DNA of 64,000 nt, taken from Schizochytrium sp. TIO01 (taxonomy: Eukaryota; Protista; Bigyra: Labyrinthulomycetes). The first letter of the stretch is position 1; every line of letters begins with the position of its first letter. The notes below the pieces were generated by a model that was not told the DNA's origin, did not search any database, and was given only the letters and a program-made list of their open reading frames with translations. Shown piece after piece: positions 44,737 to 58,665 of the stretch. The translations under genes were made by a program, and so were the position numbers. Location: contig SMSO01000025.1 in assembly GCA_004764695.1 (NCBI GenBank), positions 2,976,001-3,040,000 on the forward strand, read 5' to 3'.

Positions 44737-47700
44737 TGGGCCTCGAATGATTCTAATACACAGACGTTACTTGCCGGGGCCGCAGAACTGTCGATGGAAC
44801 AGGCAGGCAGGCGGGCAGCGAGCGGCTTCGGGCACTTTTCTGCGAGCGTCCGCGGCCTCGCACGCCCCGGCTGGAGGCCCTCTGCGATGGTCGAAGCCGC
44901 CGCCGCTTCTCCCTCGAGCTCCTGCGCTTGCACGCGACCGACTCTGAGTTCTGTGCCGCTGGTTCTTTCTCTCTCTCTCTCTGTTCTCTCTTTCTGGTCT
45001 CTCTTTCTGTTCTCTCTTTCTGTTCTCTCTTTCTCTGTTTGGCCCTCTCTCCGCCTTCGATTCTACTTCGCGCATAGACGAGAAGGGCCTCTTTCGAGTT
45101 CGATCCGGTGGCGTCGCAAAGCGGCCTCTTCGAGCTCTGAGTTCTGCGCAGCTGCTGCCACGGTGCCGATTTATCGCAGCGAGCCGGCTGGCTGTGCGAG
45201 CGCCAGGGCCTCGGGATTCGATAGGACGCAGAGCACGAGTATCCATCCATCCATCCAACCATCATCATATCATCATCCACGGATGCATGGATACTTAGAG
45301 AGACAGAGAGACAGAGAGAGAGATACAAAATGGAGAAAGAAATGTACGATGGGACGCACGCTCGCGATGGACAATAATAAGCAAGCTGGTCCACACGCCG
45401 CTCGAAGCCAGGAGGGAGTCGCGCCTAGCAGCGAGCTGCTCCACGGCCCTGTCCTGTCGATGCAGCCCAGCACAGCCCAGTCTAGTCTAGCCTAGTCTAG
45501 CCTCGCCGGCTGAAGTTCGACTCGCTGGCCCTTGGAGACAGGCGTCGATCATCGTGCTTTGGCGCAAAAGGTGCACCCATGGCCTGTGTGCCCAGGAGAA
45601 CCAGATAGATGGAGTGATAGATAGAGAGATAGATAGAGAGGTAAAAAGAAGAGAGCTTTGTGGAACATGTAAGGTAGGTAGGTAAGGTACCTACCTACCT
45701 ACCTACCCACCTGATCTACCTAATCTAAGGCAGAACAGGTCACTTTTACACTTGAACAGGGAAAGGCGACCAACCTGAGAGCGTTTAAAGGCACGAAGGC
45801 AGGAGAGATATGGTTTATTTCTTCTTGGTGGGTTTTTCTTACTTGTTTTCATAAATCATTCGTTTAATTTGATTAAATTATATATATAATTGTAGTTTCA
45901 GAATAGGAAAGGAAACTTCAAGTCGAAGGGCAAAATGAAAGCAGCCTGGACGAGGCCCGCCGCAATTAGGAGAAGGCGGGCAGCAGACCAAGGGAACGAA
46001 GAAATCACGCGATTGGTTTTGGAGCGCAAACTTGGGAGAACAGCAGGGGCTTGTCGTCACGGAATAATTATTGGTCAGGAGAGAAGGCTCTGTTTGCAAA
46101 GGTACTAGTATCTGATGTGTTATGAAAAGATCGGCGCCCGCGGTGACTATGGTTGATATTGAGAGGATCTCTTTGGGCTCAGGGCCTCGTGCCAATTCTT
46201 CTTCCTGCGGACGCTGAGTGGACTGTCTCAAATTCGGGATGCCAACTACAATGTAATACATTTAGATTAGAGTAGATGTCCATTGATGAGATTACCAAAA
46301 TCTTGGAGACGAACAGCAAGAAATTGTGCTTTAACTCAGTACTATTCAACCTCGAGGAAATGTGCTTTCGGCTTTGGCATTTCTTCTTCAGAGGATGGTA
46401 TCTTGAAAAAATAAATGTACACGAACCAATTTGCTATGGTCCGTTTTGGTACAACTCAGACTAGACAACAGCATCCATAATCTTTGACAGCATTGTTCGT
46501 AGGTACAATCATGCTGAGTCTGTAATTTAACCACATAACAGAACGAAACAAGAGCATTCGAAGAGCTCAACGTACTACTTATAGATGACGAGGAGCGCAA
46601 TCGTTGTGTTGAGGAAGAAGAAGGAAGGGACAATCGTCACCCTGCGCAACGATTTTGGGCAGAGAGGTCTTCCCATATCAAAATTTGAAATTCATAAGAA
46701 TACATGGGATAGAAGAGTTGAAAGGGTCATACGCTGATAATCTCAGTCGACAAGGATGGAAAAAAAAGAAAAGAAAAAAGAACCCAGCTTGAGTTTCTCA
46801 TTTATCGTGCAACACAAACCCGAAGGTCTCTAAAGCGCGGCTTAGTTAAAAATTAGGTATCATCGTGCAAAATTTTACAAATTATCACGAATTTCCTTCA
46901 ATGCATGATATATCTTGTCATTCGAGATGCACAGGCTTTTAAAAAAACGCACGATGGATTCATATTCACTAGAAGCTAGCATCCTAGCTAACCAGGGAGA
47001 ATATGTAGAAACTAAATCCTTCATATACAATAACTGTTTGTCTCCACGGAAGTCCTGAGTTCTTTAAGGGACGGTAACCGCACATCCACTTTTGTCCTTG
47101 AAAGACTAAACTGAGTTACAAAATCATAGATTTCTTTATTTATTATTATTATTTTTATTTTTAACAATGAAGTAATTTGACAGGGGACTTTTGCTATCTT
47201 CGGGTCACTTCGTAGAATTCGCACCAGCACTAAAGTGGCTCAAACATTGCAAAATGGAGAGCACAAGTTGAAGAAGCTACTGCTTTTCAACACATCTAGG
47301 AGAAAAATTGGTGCTACTCCACCCTGACCGTGCTGCTGTATGAACCCCACACATAACTGTAGCCATTCGGCCGCTTCAAACTTGTACTTTACCTCCCTCC
47401 TTGAGAACCTGAGAATAAGATGCCATAACAGTAACGTTCTATCTAGGGGTCATATTTGGTGTTAAGTGAAACGCGCTTGCTTGGGAGTTCCAGGGACGCA
47501 GAGAGTCGATGGGCCTTTCGTGTGGGTGCTAATAATCCTAGTAAAGACCGTACATACAGTTCCGTGCACACTTCCACAAGAGTGTGGGCAACAGTGTGGT
47601 CCGTCCTCACGGCTTCGTAAAAGGTTCGCAGGCGCCGTCCGGGACGCTTGCTTGTACTAGCTTGTTTGACTCTTCCTGGCACGGAAAGACCCGCCCTGGG

Positions 47701-50700
47701 AAACAACACTTTGCACCTCAAATCACAAGCGTATCGAACCACCATCCTGTTCCAAAGGCCCTGCCTGCAATAGGAGCGACTTCTTTTTTAGTGTTTATAT
47801 TTGTGACTGACAGATCGGTTGAAGAAGACTCGGCCAAGAAGGGGTGAGTGAGTGTTACATTTGAACCATTTGAACCAGAATAGCGCAAAGGCGCCTGTAC
47901 AAAATCTCACCAAGACTATGACAAATTGAACGAGAAGAATTATATGGGGCGGCGTTAGGTATGACGAGAAGTACACCGCTCAACGAGATCTTTTAGGTGT
48001 CGAGATGCGCGTTATATCATTTATGAGATGCTGGTTTCGCATCCTCAGGAATGCCAATCTAGCGTTCTACTCTTTGGCGTGATTGGCTTCACAAATCATC
48101 TTTCTAGTTTTATCCTGATGTTTTCGAACAGGTCTGGTGAGCAGGCAATTTGAAAGATCAAATCAATATGATCAATTGAAGAAAATGATATAAATAATTT
48201 CCTGGTATTTCTTCTCAAAAAGGAGAGAAAAGAATGCCTCAAGTGCTCGTTGCTTCGAATAGCATCAATTTAAGGGAGATGATTATAAACTATTTTAATG
48301 TAGACGCGTGTCTTCGATTAGTAAATATGTGTCTGCGCAAATGCTAAAGATCGCATTTCTGTATGAACAAAGTCCTCTCGACGCTATCCTATAGTTTCTC
48401 TATCAGGAACGTTTAAGAATTTCTCAATTGCAATTGGCTTTCTCAATTTTAAAAAAGCAACAGAATTTACATATTTGACACACAAATTTCCAATCTTTAT
48501 CGAATCAATTTAAAAAAAAAAAAAAAAAAGGTCTTGATTATATATCTCGGTCACAACTGGACCAAACTATATATCAAATTTTAAATTGCAAAATGAATGA
48601 AAATTGCAGTTTGGCTGAGGAAAAGATAAATCGAGTTTCTTTGTAAATGATTACGATCTAGCATATGCTTTTTTTTTTTTTTTCTTTTTAATAATCTTTA
48701 TACAGCAGGCTTGGATACAGAATTTGGACGATAGTTTATATATCTTATCAGTTTTTGAACTTAGCAATTTTGTGAGTCTAAATATGTAACTTGGATTGTG
48801 ACTGGTTGCCGCCTGATCAAACTTTATTATTAATATCTTGAATTCGAAATTTAAAGGTTTCCTGGCCACCAATTTGAAGAGCGACTACATTTGAAGCTTT
48901 AACAGCCAATCATATCTTTGCTGCTTTGTTCTGATCGGTTGCTTAGCTGGAAACTTTTAACGAGTCAGTTCACATCCTTGGCCTCTCATATTTGTTATCT
49001 CTTGTTCGTGCATCTCTGTAAGAAAAAGAAGAAGAAGACCGAAACACTTTATTGAATTCGACGCGTGACATCCTACCAAACTTCAAGACTATATAAAGCA
49101 AAAACATTGGATCTTTCAAATTGTTCAAATAAAGCGTATTGTTCAGACTAGGGAATTAGTTTGGTTAGTTTTATAGAACAGAACCAGTCAATACAACCTG
49201 ATCAAATTCTTAATGTTTTGTAGTTTTACTTCCCACTACTTTGTAAAATAACTTACTTACACAAAGGCATTCACGAATCAGTGATCGCTACCATACCTCA
49301 GCAATGCTACTTCAAACCCTCCTACGTCAGATGCCTTCGCAGTTCTGATGAGGCTAGTTTCCCAACCCACCTATGAAGGAATGCCTTGAAACGCAACATG
49401 CCTGTTTGCTTATTACCCGTAGCCAAACGACATTATTTCGAGACGGAGGGAGAGGGGAAATCACATGGCCAGTTACGAAATGATGCGATGTCCTTGACAA
49501 ACTATTCCTCAAATCATGTGTGCATCGTCGCAATCATAAAAATATCCGTCCGCCCCACTCTAGCTAGCTAGGCATTACATTACAAAGAGGCTTCAATTTG
49601 ACCATTCATTTGCATCGAAGGAACTGCTAGCTCTCTCTTCATTTCCCTTCGCTCCGATGCTTTCAAAGTATCCTGGCTCCTGAGATTGCTTGGGTTCTCC
49701 CCTTCCTCTGTCTAGAGCTCACTTTCTGCAAGTGGGGCTTCCTCAGGCCGCAGAGAGCTTAAGTTCTCCAAGCTGCCCGGCCACTCGTTTATGTGTCTTT
49801 GCGTCCCTCCCAGCCCTTTGTTGGTTTGCGGGGGAGCCAACAAACAAGGATTTGAAATCGCACGTGGGGGCACTTTACACAATCCCACAACCCCTCAATA
49901 AACACGCCGGCAGGCAGGCAAGGCACGCCTTCATCTCAAGCGTTGCCGAGGCGTGGCCGTGTGTGTCTAGGATCCTGGTCCCGCGCGCCATCAGGAGAAG
50001 GCGCCGAGAGCCGTCCTTGCGAGCGAGGTGGCTGGCGCCGCGTCCAAAGGGCGCCGCGTATTGCAGCAAATTCCCGTTTTTAGAGAGAAGCCTCGTAAGC
50101 CCATGCCATTTAGTTTCCCTGCCTGCCAAGGGAGGCAGCAGCCGAGGTGCCTACAAAAGTCCAACGTAAACCAGAGGCGAGGAAGTGCAAGGCCTGGCAG
50201 CTCGCTCTCGCATGCCATGCCGACGCAGCAGAAGCTGCCTTGTTTGTAACTCGCTGGCTGCCTGGCTGCCTGCCTGGCTACGAGTAAGCGAGGGCGAGGC
50301 GCGTCTTTGCTTTGCGCGTAGCACAGCGCTCGTAGTTCTTCCGCTTCCTGGGCCTTTGAGTGTTTGTTTCCTTCCTTCCTCGAACATCCCTGTCGCAGCT
50401 TGCAAAAGCGACAGACAGACAGACAGACAGACTGCTTTGGCAGCAAATTCTCTCTCTCCCCATCCGCGGCGCTTATTCCCATGTACTCACTGGGCGGTGC
50501 TGACTTGGCTGTATCTGTCTGCCTGCGAAGGAAGGGAGCGCAGCGAACTCGATTCGATTCGACCTGAAGACATCAAAATCGAGGTGTCTCCTCCTGAAAC
50601 TCCAGCCGAAAACCGAGGCCTTAAGCATCCTCGGCATGCTTATTGGGACGAGAGAGGCCTCTGGACAGCTTGCAAGCTGCGATTCTCAACTTGTGCGACA

Positions 50701-53580
50701 GCCCGGAGTCGCCTTAAGCGAGAGAGAGAAAGGGAAAGAGGAGTGTGTGCACCATATTCATCAAGAGCGGCCTTAGCTCCAAGGCATCTTCTACTCGTAT
50801 CGCTGTAATCTGGGCGCTCTTGAAATTCCAGGGCGACAATCTTCGAGCCCACTGAAAAATCTGTCTGGAGCCCCAGGAATGAACACCCAGCCAGCCACGA
50901 GGCTTCCTAGGCCTCTGGATCACTAGGCCCTCCTCCTCTCAACCATAAGTGCCGCGCAAATAATACATACACCAGCTTATCGAAGCTGCTGTCCTAGTAG
51001 CCCTGGCTGCCGTTCGGCCCCGCGGTATCGAGTGATAGCGAGGCCCTCGATCGGGCGTCTCCTCCGCCAGGAAATGAGAACCATCCGACAAACGTGCCAT
51101 GCGGCAAGAGCCCAGGCATCTTCAGCTCCAGGCAAGGTTTGTCTGTTATGATGATGATGAGATTGAGATTCATCTATTCTCGTTTGGCCTTTCTGGATCC
51201 AGTAAGCGTAGGTGTCGATCGATGCATCTTGGCCGAGGAGGTCCACACGTAGACAACTGGGGGTAACTTCATCTCTAGGTGGGGGGAAGGCGCTTCTTCT
51301 GCTTGGGCGTTCTTTGAAAATCTTGAACGTCTCTTGAAAGAAAGTTGTTGTTTGTTTTCAGGTGCCCAGACGAAAACGAAAAGCGAGCTTGCTTCCTTCT
51401 CTTTTCATACCTCTGGCTAGAGGTAGCTGCGAAGGCGGGCACCGCTTCAGCCCTGAGTGGGGGCTTGGTTCGTTGCGCCGACGGAGGGGTTGAAAATCCT
51501 TCGCTGTGCGTCTCTCTTCCGCGCAGGGATGGGATGGAAAGCGAAGTCTGTCCCTGCGAGCAGGACGGTCTCTCGAAGCTTCTTCAGATGGGCGAAACTA
51601 GAACCAGAACGATACTCTTTCAAATTTTCCACTTGTGGTTTTCTATTGATAATTGAAAACTTTTGATTTTATAAAAACCAAGTTAACAAAATAACAAAAC
51701 TTCGAAGAACAAAGATCTCACATTCCTTCTCTCTGCAGAGAAGGAGAAGATCTGCGTAACGAACGGATGGGATCTAATAGTGTACGAAGAGGTCGCTCTG
51801 CTCTCTTTTCCATTCAATATGCTGATTGCCCTTGCGTGTGTGTATGTGTGTGAAGGGCAGTGAGCGTCTGCCACGAATGCATTTGCCTCGGGTGCATTCT
51901 CTTCGGAATCGCGGGTATGGCTGGATCAACTATCCCTGACAATCTGTGGCGTGCGTCCTAAGTTTCGTCTTGAGAGGAAGAGGACCTTCATCTTCCTCTT
52001 TGTTCGTCCCGTGGCGACGCACTCGCGACCTCTTCAACGAGAGAAACAAAGCTCATTCGTTTGCCCGCCCGGAGTGCTTGTTTGACAGCATCTTTGCTTT
52101 TGATTCTTCTTATTCTTCTTCTTATTATTATTATTTATTCAAGTTCAACTTGTTGGAAGTCTAAAACATATCACTTTCTTCTTGATTAAAATTAAATAAA
52201 AATTAAAATAAAATAAAATAATATATGAAATATAAAACATGCTGCATGTCCCGATTGTAATATTGCTTCTTTTTTTTCTTTTCTGTTTTTCAAAGTTGTT
52301 GTTTGTAAATGTATGATACCACGCAAAGGCACAATACAACATATTCTGATCAGGACAGCGATCTCGGCGCTTCGATTGGCTTCTCTCCCTTACGAACTTG
52401 GCGAACAATCTTCGAGACGCTGCGTCCTTCGTTGGTCGCCATGGGTGGCTTCGAGGACAGATTGCCATTTCATTGCGTCGCGGCAGAAAGCTCATCGCAT
52501 TCAGCCCTGCGCTCCTTTCCGCGACTTCCGCTGAGCAAGGAACCGCTGCCTTTCTTCTGTTCCAGGCCGTGCTCCAAGCACCTCCAAAAGAGTGAGTGCC
52601 CTCCGCATTCCGTGCCAAAGCCGCTCCAGTCCGCACCTAACTTCGAGTTGAGCCTTCTAACGATCGAGGTCGTCTCCGAGTCGAAGGAAGGCAGATTGAA
52701 GGACGATCGCACTCTGAAATCTATCTATCTGTATTATCACTCTATATGCATATTTTTCATCTATTCTATCTCTTTCTTTCTTTCTTTCTTTCTGCCAGGT
52801 AGGTGGTACCAAGTCCTCCTACGTAGGTACCTACTATCATCATTTTGAGAGTGTTGGCACACGAATAATATGATTCGTTTTGCTGAAATTCGGGCGGCCC
52901 TTACTGCTGCAGGAGGGGACACAGCACGAAAGTCCGGTGTGTGGGAGAGTCAGTGGAAGAGCTTGGGAAGAAGCTGCGAGGAACCCACAGTTGCGCAGAG
53001 CGTCCGCGGACTCCACCTTTGCTGCCGCCAATCTCTCAAACAGACAAAAAATTGCGATGTTGCGTGAAGCCTGAGCGGGGGATTCTATGTCTGTGAAGGG
53101 CGCCGTGGGGGCCGAAGCCCAACAAACGAAATGGCTGTCTTGGCATGCGTGTATAACGAAGAGGCGCGGCCGCTCGCGCCCTGGAAATGTCCTCTGCCAC
53201 TGATACGTCTTGCGGACCGGACTTTGTGCTTCGTTCCTTTATATTGAAGGGAAAAGGGGGCAGAAAAAGAAAAGCACAAAGATAATCAAACGATTAAAAA
53301 ATAGTTTAAAACCAGACGAGGAAATGAGCGAAGGAAAGGGAAAGGAAACATGGAGGAACGCAGAAAAAAAGAAAGGACTGTTGTGGATTCCTTCTCTTCG
53401 ACCTGTCAGCATAATAGGTGCAATTGCAAGAGATCGTGTCTCCTGCAAAAAAGGTCAATCTAGGTACTAGACAGTAGTGGAACGCATGTGTTGTACGTAT
53501 TCATGGCCTCTGCTGTGGTTTTACATATGCTGTGCCTAGATTTGCTTTAATACTTCGTCTTTCTTCTTCAATGTTTTTTC

Positions 53581-53613
<33 letters not shown>

Positions 53614-54839
53614 AAAAATTTGAATTAAAGGTTTGTTTTATTGTTTCCATTCTTGGAGTTTGAAAAGTACGTATTTCCATGAATGAAAAACGAAGACGCG
53701 GCCTTTGCGAACTGCAATAAAGGACGCCTTTGACCTGGTTCTTTCTGTGGCGCCATATCTGTTCTGCCCGTGCCGCGCGAGACTGTCTGACGGCCGGACC
53801 ATGAGGTAAGTCTCGCGAGAAGGCCCCATTAGTGCGTGGAGGTCACATCCACGCGAAACCCGGTCAGTACCGAAGTAAGTACCCACCCACCCACCAGCTT
53901 TCAGAGCCTCTAAAGCCCATCTCAACGACTCGTCCGCTGAAGAACCAAACCAATCATTCATCACTCTTTCACTCTTTCATTCGTCCATCCGTTCCTTCAT
54001 TCAGGCTCCCGTTCCAAGTGCCACGGCCCGGCGCCCTAGGGGTAACGCTAGCAGTTCTTTTCAAAAAAAACATTGAAAGACAGCACGAACTCGCCATTGA
54101 TTGATTACGAAGCGCTTTGGCGATTAGGCGACTAAGCGATAGAGCAAAGGCGTCCCCATTCGGGCCCCTCGGCCGCAAGGGCTGGCGGCGACCGCGGTCA
54201 ACCGCTGGCGGACACAGTCAGTCAGCCATTCGGTGAGTAGACTTCATTCACCAGTCTGTCAGTCTGTCAGTCTGTCAGTCTGCCAGGAGTTCTTCCCTTC
54301 GCCAAGGAAGTCGCGAGCACCTCATGCAGAAGTCAGAATGAAAGCTGCGTAGGCGCTATCTCTGGTCGCTCCTTATAAGTGCCATTTAAATAGCCTGCTT
54401 GCCTGCCTATGTATATGTGTATGGTTCTCCAGAGAGTGGACAGCGAAGGTGCAAACAACAACAACAACAACAATAACAACAACGGCAACAATAACAACGC
54501 CGACTTCGGACAGATGGTCACTTGTCACAACAGGTAAACTATCTGTTTTTTTGTTTGTTCTAAACTTGATTAAACTTGATTTGATTTGATTTGATTTGAT
54601 TTCTTTCTTTCTTTCTTTCTTTCTTTCTTTGTTTCTCTGCTCGTGCTCGCTTCGTGGTCCTCGGGGCCGCTTCTCCGATGCGTGGCATTGTCGCTGCTGG
54701 CTGGCTAGCTGGTGGCGGGCTGGCTGGTCGGCGCGCGAGGGGAGGGCGAGCCGGGGTGCGGCGGAGGGCGCTGCGGCCTGCGAGACGGCTTCGAAGAACT
54801 AACTGCCTCTGGAGAAGCGGCCATTTCCGTGTCGCCAGC

Positions 54840-54956
<117 letters not shown>

Positions 54957-57012
54957 CTAAGGTACCTGTTTTTCTTCTTTCTTTCTTTCTTTCTTTATTT
55001 CTTTGTTTATTTCTATGGAGTCTATAAAAAGGAGCAAGCGACTGCATATTCTCGTCGCGACGTGAGGAATTAATTACAGTGCGCATTTTCGTTAGATTGC
55101 ATTGAGCTCGGGAGAGGTGAGGATAGAGAGGAACGGAGCAGCAGCGGTAAGGACAGCGCCAGTGCCGCTTCTGTGCACCGAATGATGGGTTCCGATGGAG
55201 GACAGCTGTTTGTTTTTATTATTCAAAAAAATATTAAATTATAAATTAAAATGAAAACTGACTAACTCGCGCTCAAGTGCTGTTAAATTTCGAAAATTTC
55301 TAAACATATTGTAGTTTGTTTCAACTAGAATAATGAAAAAATAAACAACCAATAGTAACCAAAGAGGACGAAGAGATGGGATGTTATGGACACAAAGAGG
55401 GTGCGCAAAAACACAGGACGGCCGCGGAAGATGATCTGCAGAGGTGAATGAAGAAGGATGCAGAAGGAGGAAAGATGGGGCGAATGGACGATGTGCAGGC
55501 CAAAGAAAGAGGGGATCGGACGGCGATTGGAGGCACCTCTGCTGCAACACGAAGAGGCCTGAGGCGAGCAAAAGTAGACTAAGACGATGCATGTCATGTC
55601 GCCTGTCTTGGGAAAGGACTGCTGCCGGGATGTCGAAAGCGAAAAAAAAAAAAAAACGAGAAAGAGAAAGAGAAGAAAAAGAGAAAGAGAAAGAGGTTAG
55701 TTTTTTCTTGAGAACACTTTCACAGCACGTATGCATGCCATCATTCTTTATTTATTTATTTCATGAAGAAGAAGAAGAAGAAGAAGGAAAGAGGAGGTAC
55801 GTAGGCATGAAAGAACTGCTGCTATTCCAAAGTTAGGAACTAAGGAAACTTTTCTGAAAGCTATCTATCACTTCCTGAGATAACATAACATTTTCTTCTT
55901 CCAATTTTCAGTATGTTATAGTTATTTTAAAATATATATATATATTTTTATTTTTTTTTAAGTAAGAAGAAAGAAAAAGAAAAGAAGCTCCGCCTACCAA
56001 TGGGCACCAAAACTCAAACTTCAAGTTGTGCGCCACGGCATCAACCTCGCAAAAAGCGTTACTACAACAAAAGCATCGACGAAACAAACCGACTCGAAAG
56101 CACCCCGAGCATCAAATAAATATCAGCACAAGCTATTGCGAATCACAAGCTGATTGATTGATTCCTTGATTCCTTGATTCCTTGATTCCTTGGTATAGAC
56201 TACTCGCCTGCAAACCCTGGTTCTCATTCGCATATACTCTTTTCTCTGGAAAGGAAGAAAAGATAAAAGATTCGCCGCACACTCGCTCGTCAAGCATCTG
56301 CGCATTTGCTTCGGCCTCAGGCAGTCAAGCAATCTACTCTCAGCAGCGCCTTCACCGTAGTCCGCGAGAAGGAGCTTCTCTGAAAACCACCTGAGCTGAA
56401 GTGCTGTCATTTCTCGTTCCTGGTGGGACACTCCGCACAAAAACCAAATCGAGCAAACTTATCTCTGGCAGCGGCAATTGATTAACCAACCACCTCTTGT
56501 CTCTCGAGCCAATCACAAGCCACAAAGTCTACACATCGCTGGCGCCCCCCTTACCCTCCACTGCAGGGGCATTTCGATAATAGCTTTCACTTTGTTCCCC
56601 GACTCACGAAACAAAGATCGGCGAGCTTCCCACTGCGTCGCAAGCCTCGACATCTTGGGATATACTGAGCAAGCAAGACTCGCTAGCAGCAGCAGCCTGA
56701 GAAGGTGAAAAGAATCAGAGTCGACACTCGCGCTCTTCGAATCATTCGTTCGGAGTTGGCCTCAAGCTACACGAGGTTGAAGGCTTGGCGGACTAGGAAG
56801 AAGCAGTGCTTCTTTGTTGTGCATCCGCTGGAAAAAACTGTTTACTGTTCTTTCTTTACTTCGAAACACATCTGCCTATTTGGTGGATCAAGACACATAA
56901 GCTAGCTAGGCAGCCTTTATCTGGCTATTTGAGCGCAGCTCTATACCAAACCGACATTGGTTGAGGCGCCGCTGCCCTTCTTAAAGGAGCAGATCCTCAC
57001 TATCTATTCTTC

Positions 57013-58665
57013 ATGGCTGCTTCGACATCCACGATGCCGGAGGACCAAGCCGGCGTCAGCGTCACGGATGCTTCAGACGTGAATAAGCAAAAGAGCACCC
57101 CGTCCAAGGCTGATATGGAAAAGATGGTGGAGGAGTACGGCGAGAAATGGTTCACGCGAACATTAAGTCGCCTTGCATTTTTCGTTGTATCTGCCGCCGT
57201 GCTCGTTGGTGCTGTTGCCGTGGGTATGAGCAAAGACTTGCAAGAGGACATTCGCGATCTTACACGTGACATGCCACTTCCAGTATCCTCAAATCAACCC
57301 TTGCCACAAAATGCGGCTCGAAAATACCCTGTCAGCTTTACGGTTCACTTCAATGGCGATGGTCTTAGCGAAGGCATGCCGTCTACTTCAACCGAATGGC
57401 TCGGTATCGACCCGCTCATCAGGATGGCTTGTGAAGACTTAGATGAAGTCTATGAGCTGGCTCGAGCAGATAACGCAACTCTTGCAGAAATCTGCGAACC
57501 AACTCTTGGTGCTCGCCTTTTTACTCATGGTGGCAAACGTATCTTCTCCTTCGAAGATGTGCCGGCAAACGGTACCCGTTTGTATATTGTCCCGCGCGGT
57601 CTTCAATTCGTTTATCCGCTTGCCGAGGTTGGAGATGTTATTATCGCAGAAAATGTACAATCGCCCATTCCAGGTCGACAAGTCACGTTGAAACAGCTTA
57701 CCAAATCGCCTAGGGTCTTCACCATTGAGAATTTTGTTTCTGATGAAGAAATTAACGCCATTCTTGAACACAACATGGACCTTCTCAAGCCTAGTGAAGT
57801 AGGATTCTCAGGCTGGCGGGACCGCACACGCACTAGCAGCACTGCCTGGGATTTCCACTCCTGGGCTGCTCGCAAAGTTCGCCGCCGTAGCTTTGACCTT
57901 CTTGGTATGGACTTTGATAACGAAATGGCTGATGCTCTTCAAGTTCTTCGTTACAACCTCTCTGAATGGTACAAGCCGCATCTCGACTCATTCGACAAGG
58001 CAGCTTATGACCAATACAACCCTCGCGTTGAAAACGGCACCAACCGTTTTGCTACTGTCTTTCTTTACCTCTCAGATGTCGAAGAAGGTGGGCACACAGT
58101 TTTCCCTCTTTCTACTACTCATGAGGGCTACAATGGTGAACAAATTGTGCATGACGGAACTGTGAAGACCCCGGGATACATTGCTGAGCGGGATGCTCGC
58201 TGGGCGTGTAACACATCCTCTACAGCCCTTCGTTCCCCAACTCGCCGCGGCACTGCTGTACTTTTCTACAGCCAGACTGAAGACGGTGCTATTGACCCGT
58301 ACAGCTTGCACGGCGGCTGCCCGGTTATCAAGGGCATGAAGTTCTCCGCAAATGTTTGGGTATGGAACCGCCCCAAGCCTAACAAGGACCAGGCCAAGGA
58401 TTCCGAACGCCCTGCGCCCGACCACAACTCTATTCAAATGCAGTTCCACAACCACCGTGACAATGCTGTAAACCTTTTCTGGGATGATGGAACAGATGAA
58501 ATGCTCTTCCAAGTAGAAATCCCGGCTGGTGAGATGCAGAGTATGACAACTTACAACGGCCACAGCTTTGTTGCTAAGGATGCTTTCACCAACCAAACTG
58601 TCCATCGGTTCACCGCACGCAACCTTGACCACAAGGGCCGCAATCACGTGGAAGACATTGTATAA
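57013..58665 (+). CDS. P4H: Type II membrane prolyl 4-hydroxylase with C-terminal VHL-beta-like domain
   Basis: N-terminal TM helix (LAFFVVSAAVLVGAVAVGM). P4H motifs PRVFTIENF, TRTSS.AW, LQVLRY, YKPHLD (HxD), NRFATVFLYLSDVEEGG.TVFP, AVLFY and SLHGGCPVIKG.K..ANVW. C-terminal F.N...W...P.G...TY.GH.F domain. Confidence 0.92.
   Translation: MAASTSTMPEDQAGVSVTDASDVNKQKSTPSKADMEKMVEEYGEKWFTRTLSRLAFFVVSAAVLVGAVAVGMSKDLQEDIRDLTRDMPLPVSSNQPLPQNAARKYPVSFTVHFNGDGLSEGMPSTSTEWLGIDPLIRMACEDLDEVYELARADNATLAEICEPTLGARLFTHGGKRIFSFEDVPANGTRLYIVPRGLQFVYPLAEVGDVIIAENVQSPIPGRQVTLKQLTKSPRVFTIENFVSDEEINAILEHNMDLLKPSEVGFSGWRDRTRTSSTAWDFHSWAARKVRRRSFDLLGMDFDNEMADALQVLRYNLSEWYKPHLDSFDKAAYDQYNPRVENGTNRFATVFLYLSDVEEGGHTVFPLSTTHEGYNGEQIVHDGTVKTPGYIAERDARWACNTSSTALRSPTRRGTAVLFYSQTEDGAIDPYSLHGGCPVIKGMKFSANVWVWNRPKPNKDQAKDSERPAPDHNSIQMQFHNHRDNAVNLFWDDGTDEMLFQVEIPAGEMQSMTTYNGHSFVAKDAFTNQTVHRFTARNLDHKGRNHVEDIV

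Noticed and set aside
44476-45495. 339 aa ORF and neighbouring 160-210 aa ORFs in the gene-poor region
   Set aside because: Non-ATG start, built from GA/CT/CCAT microsatellites, with no domain-like content.
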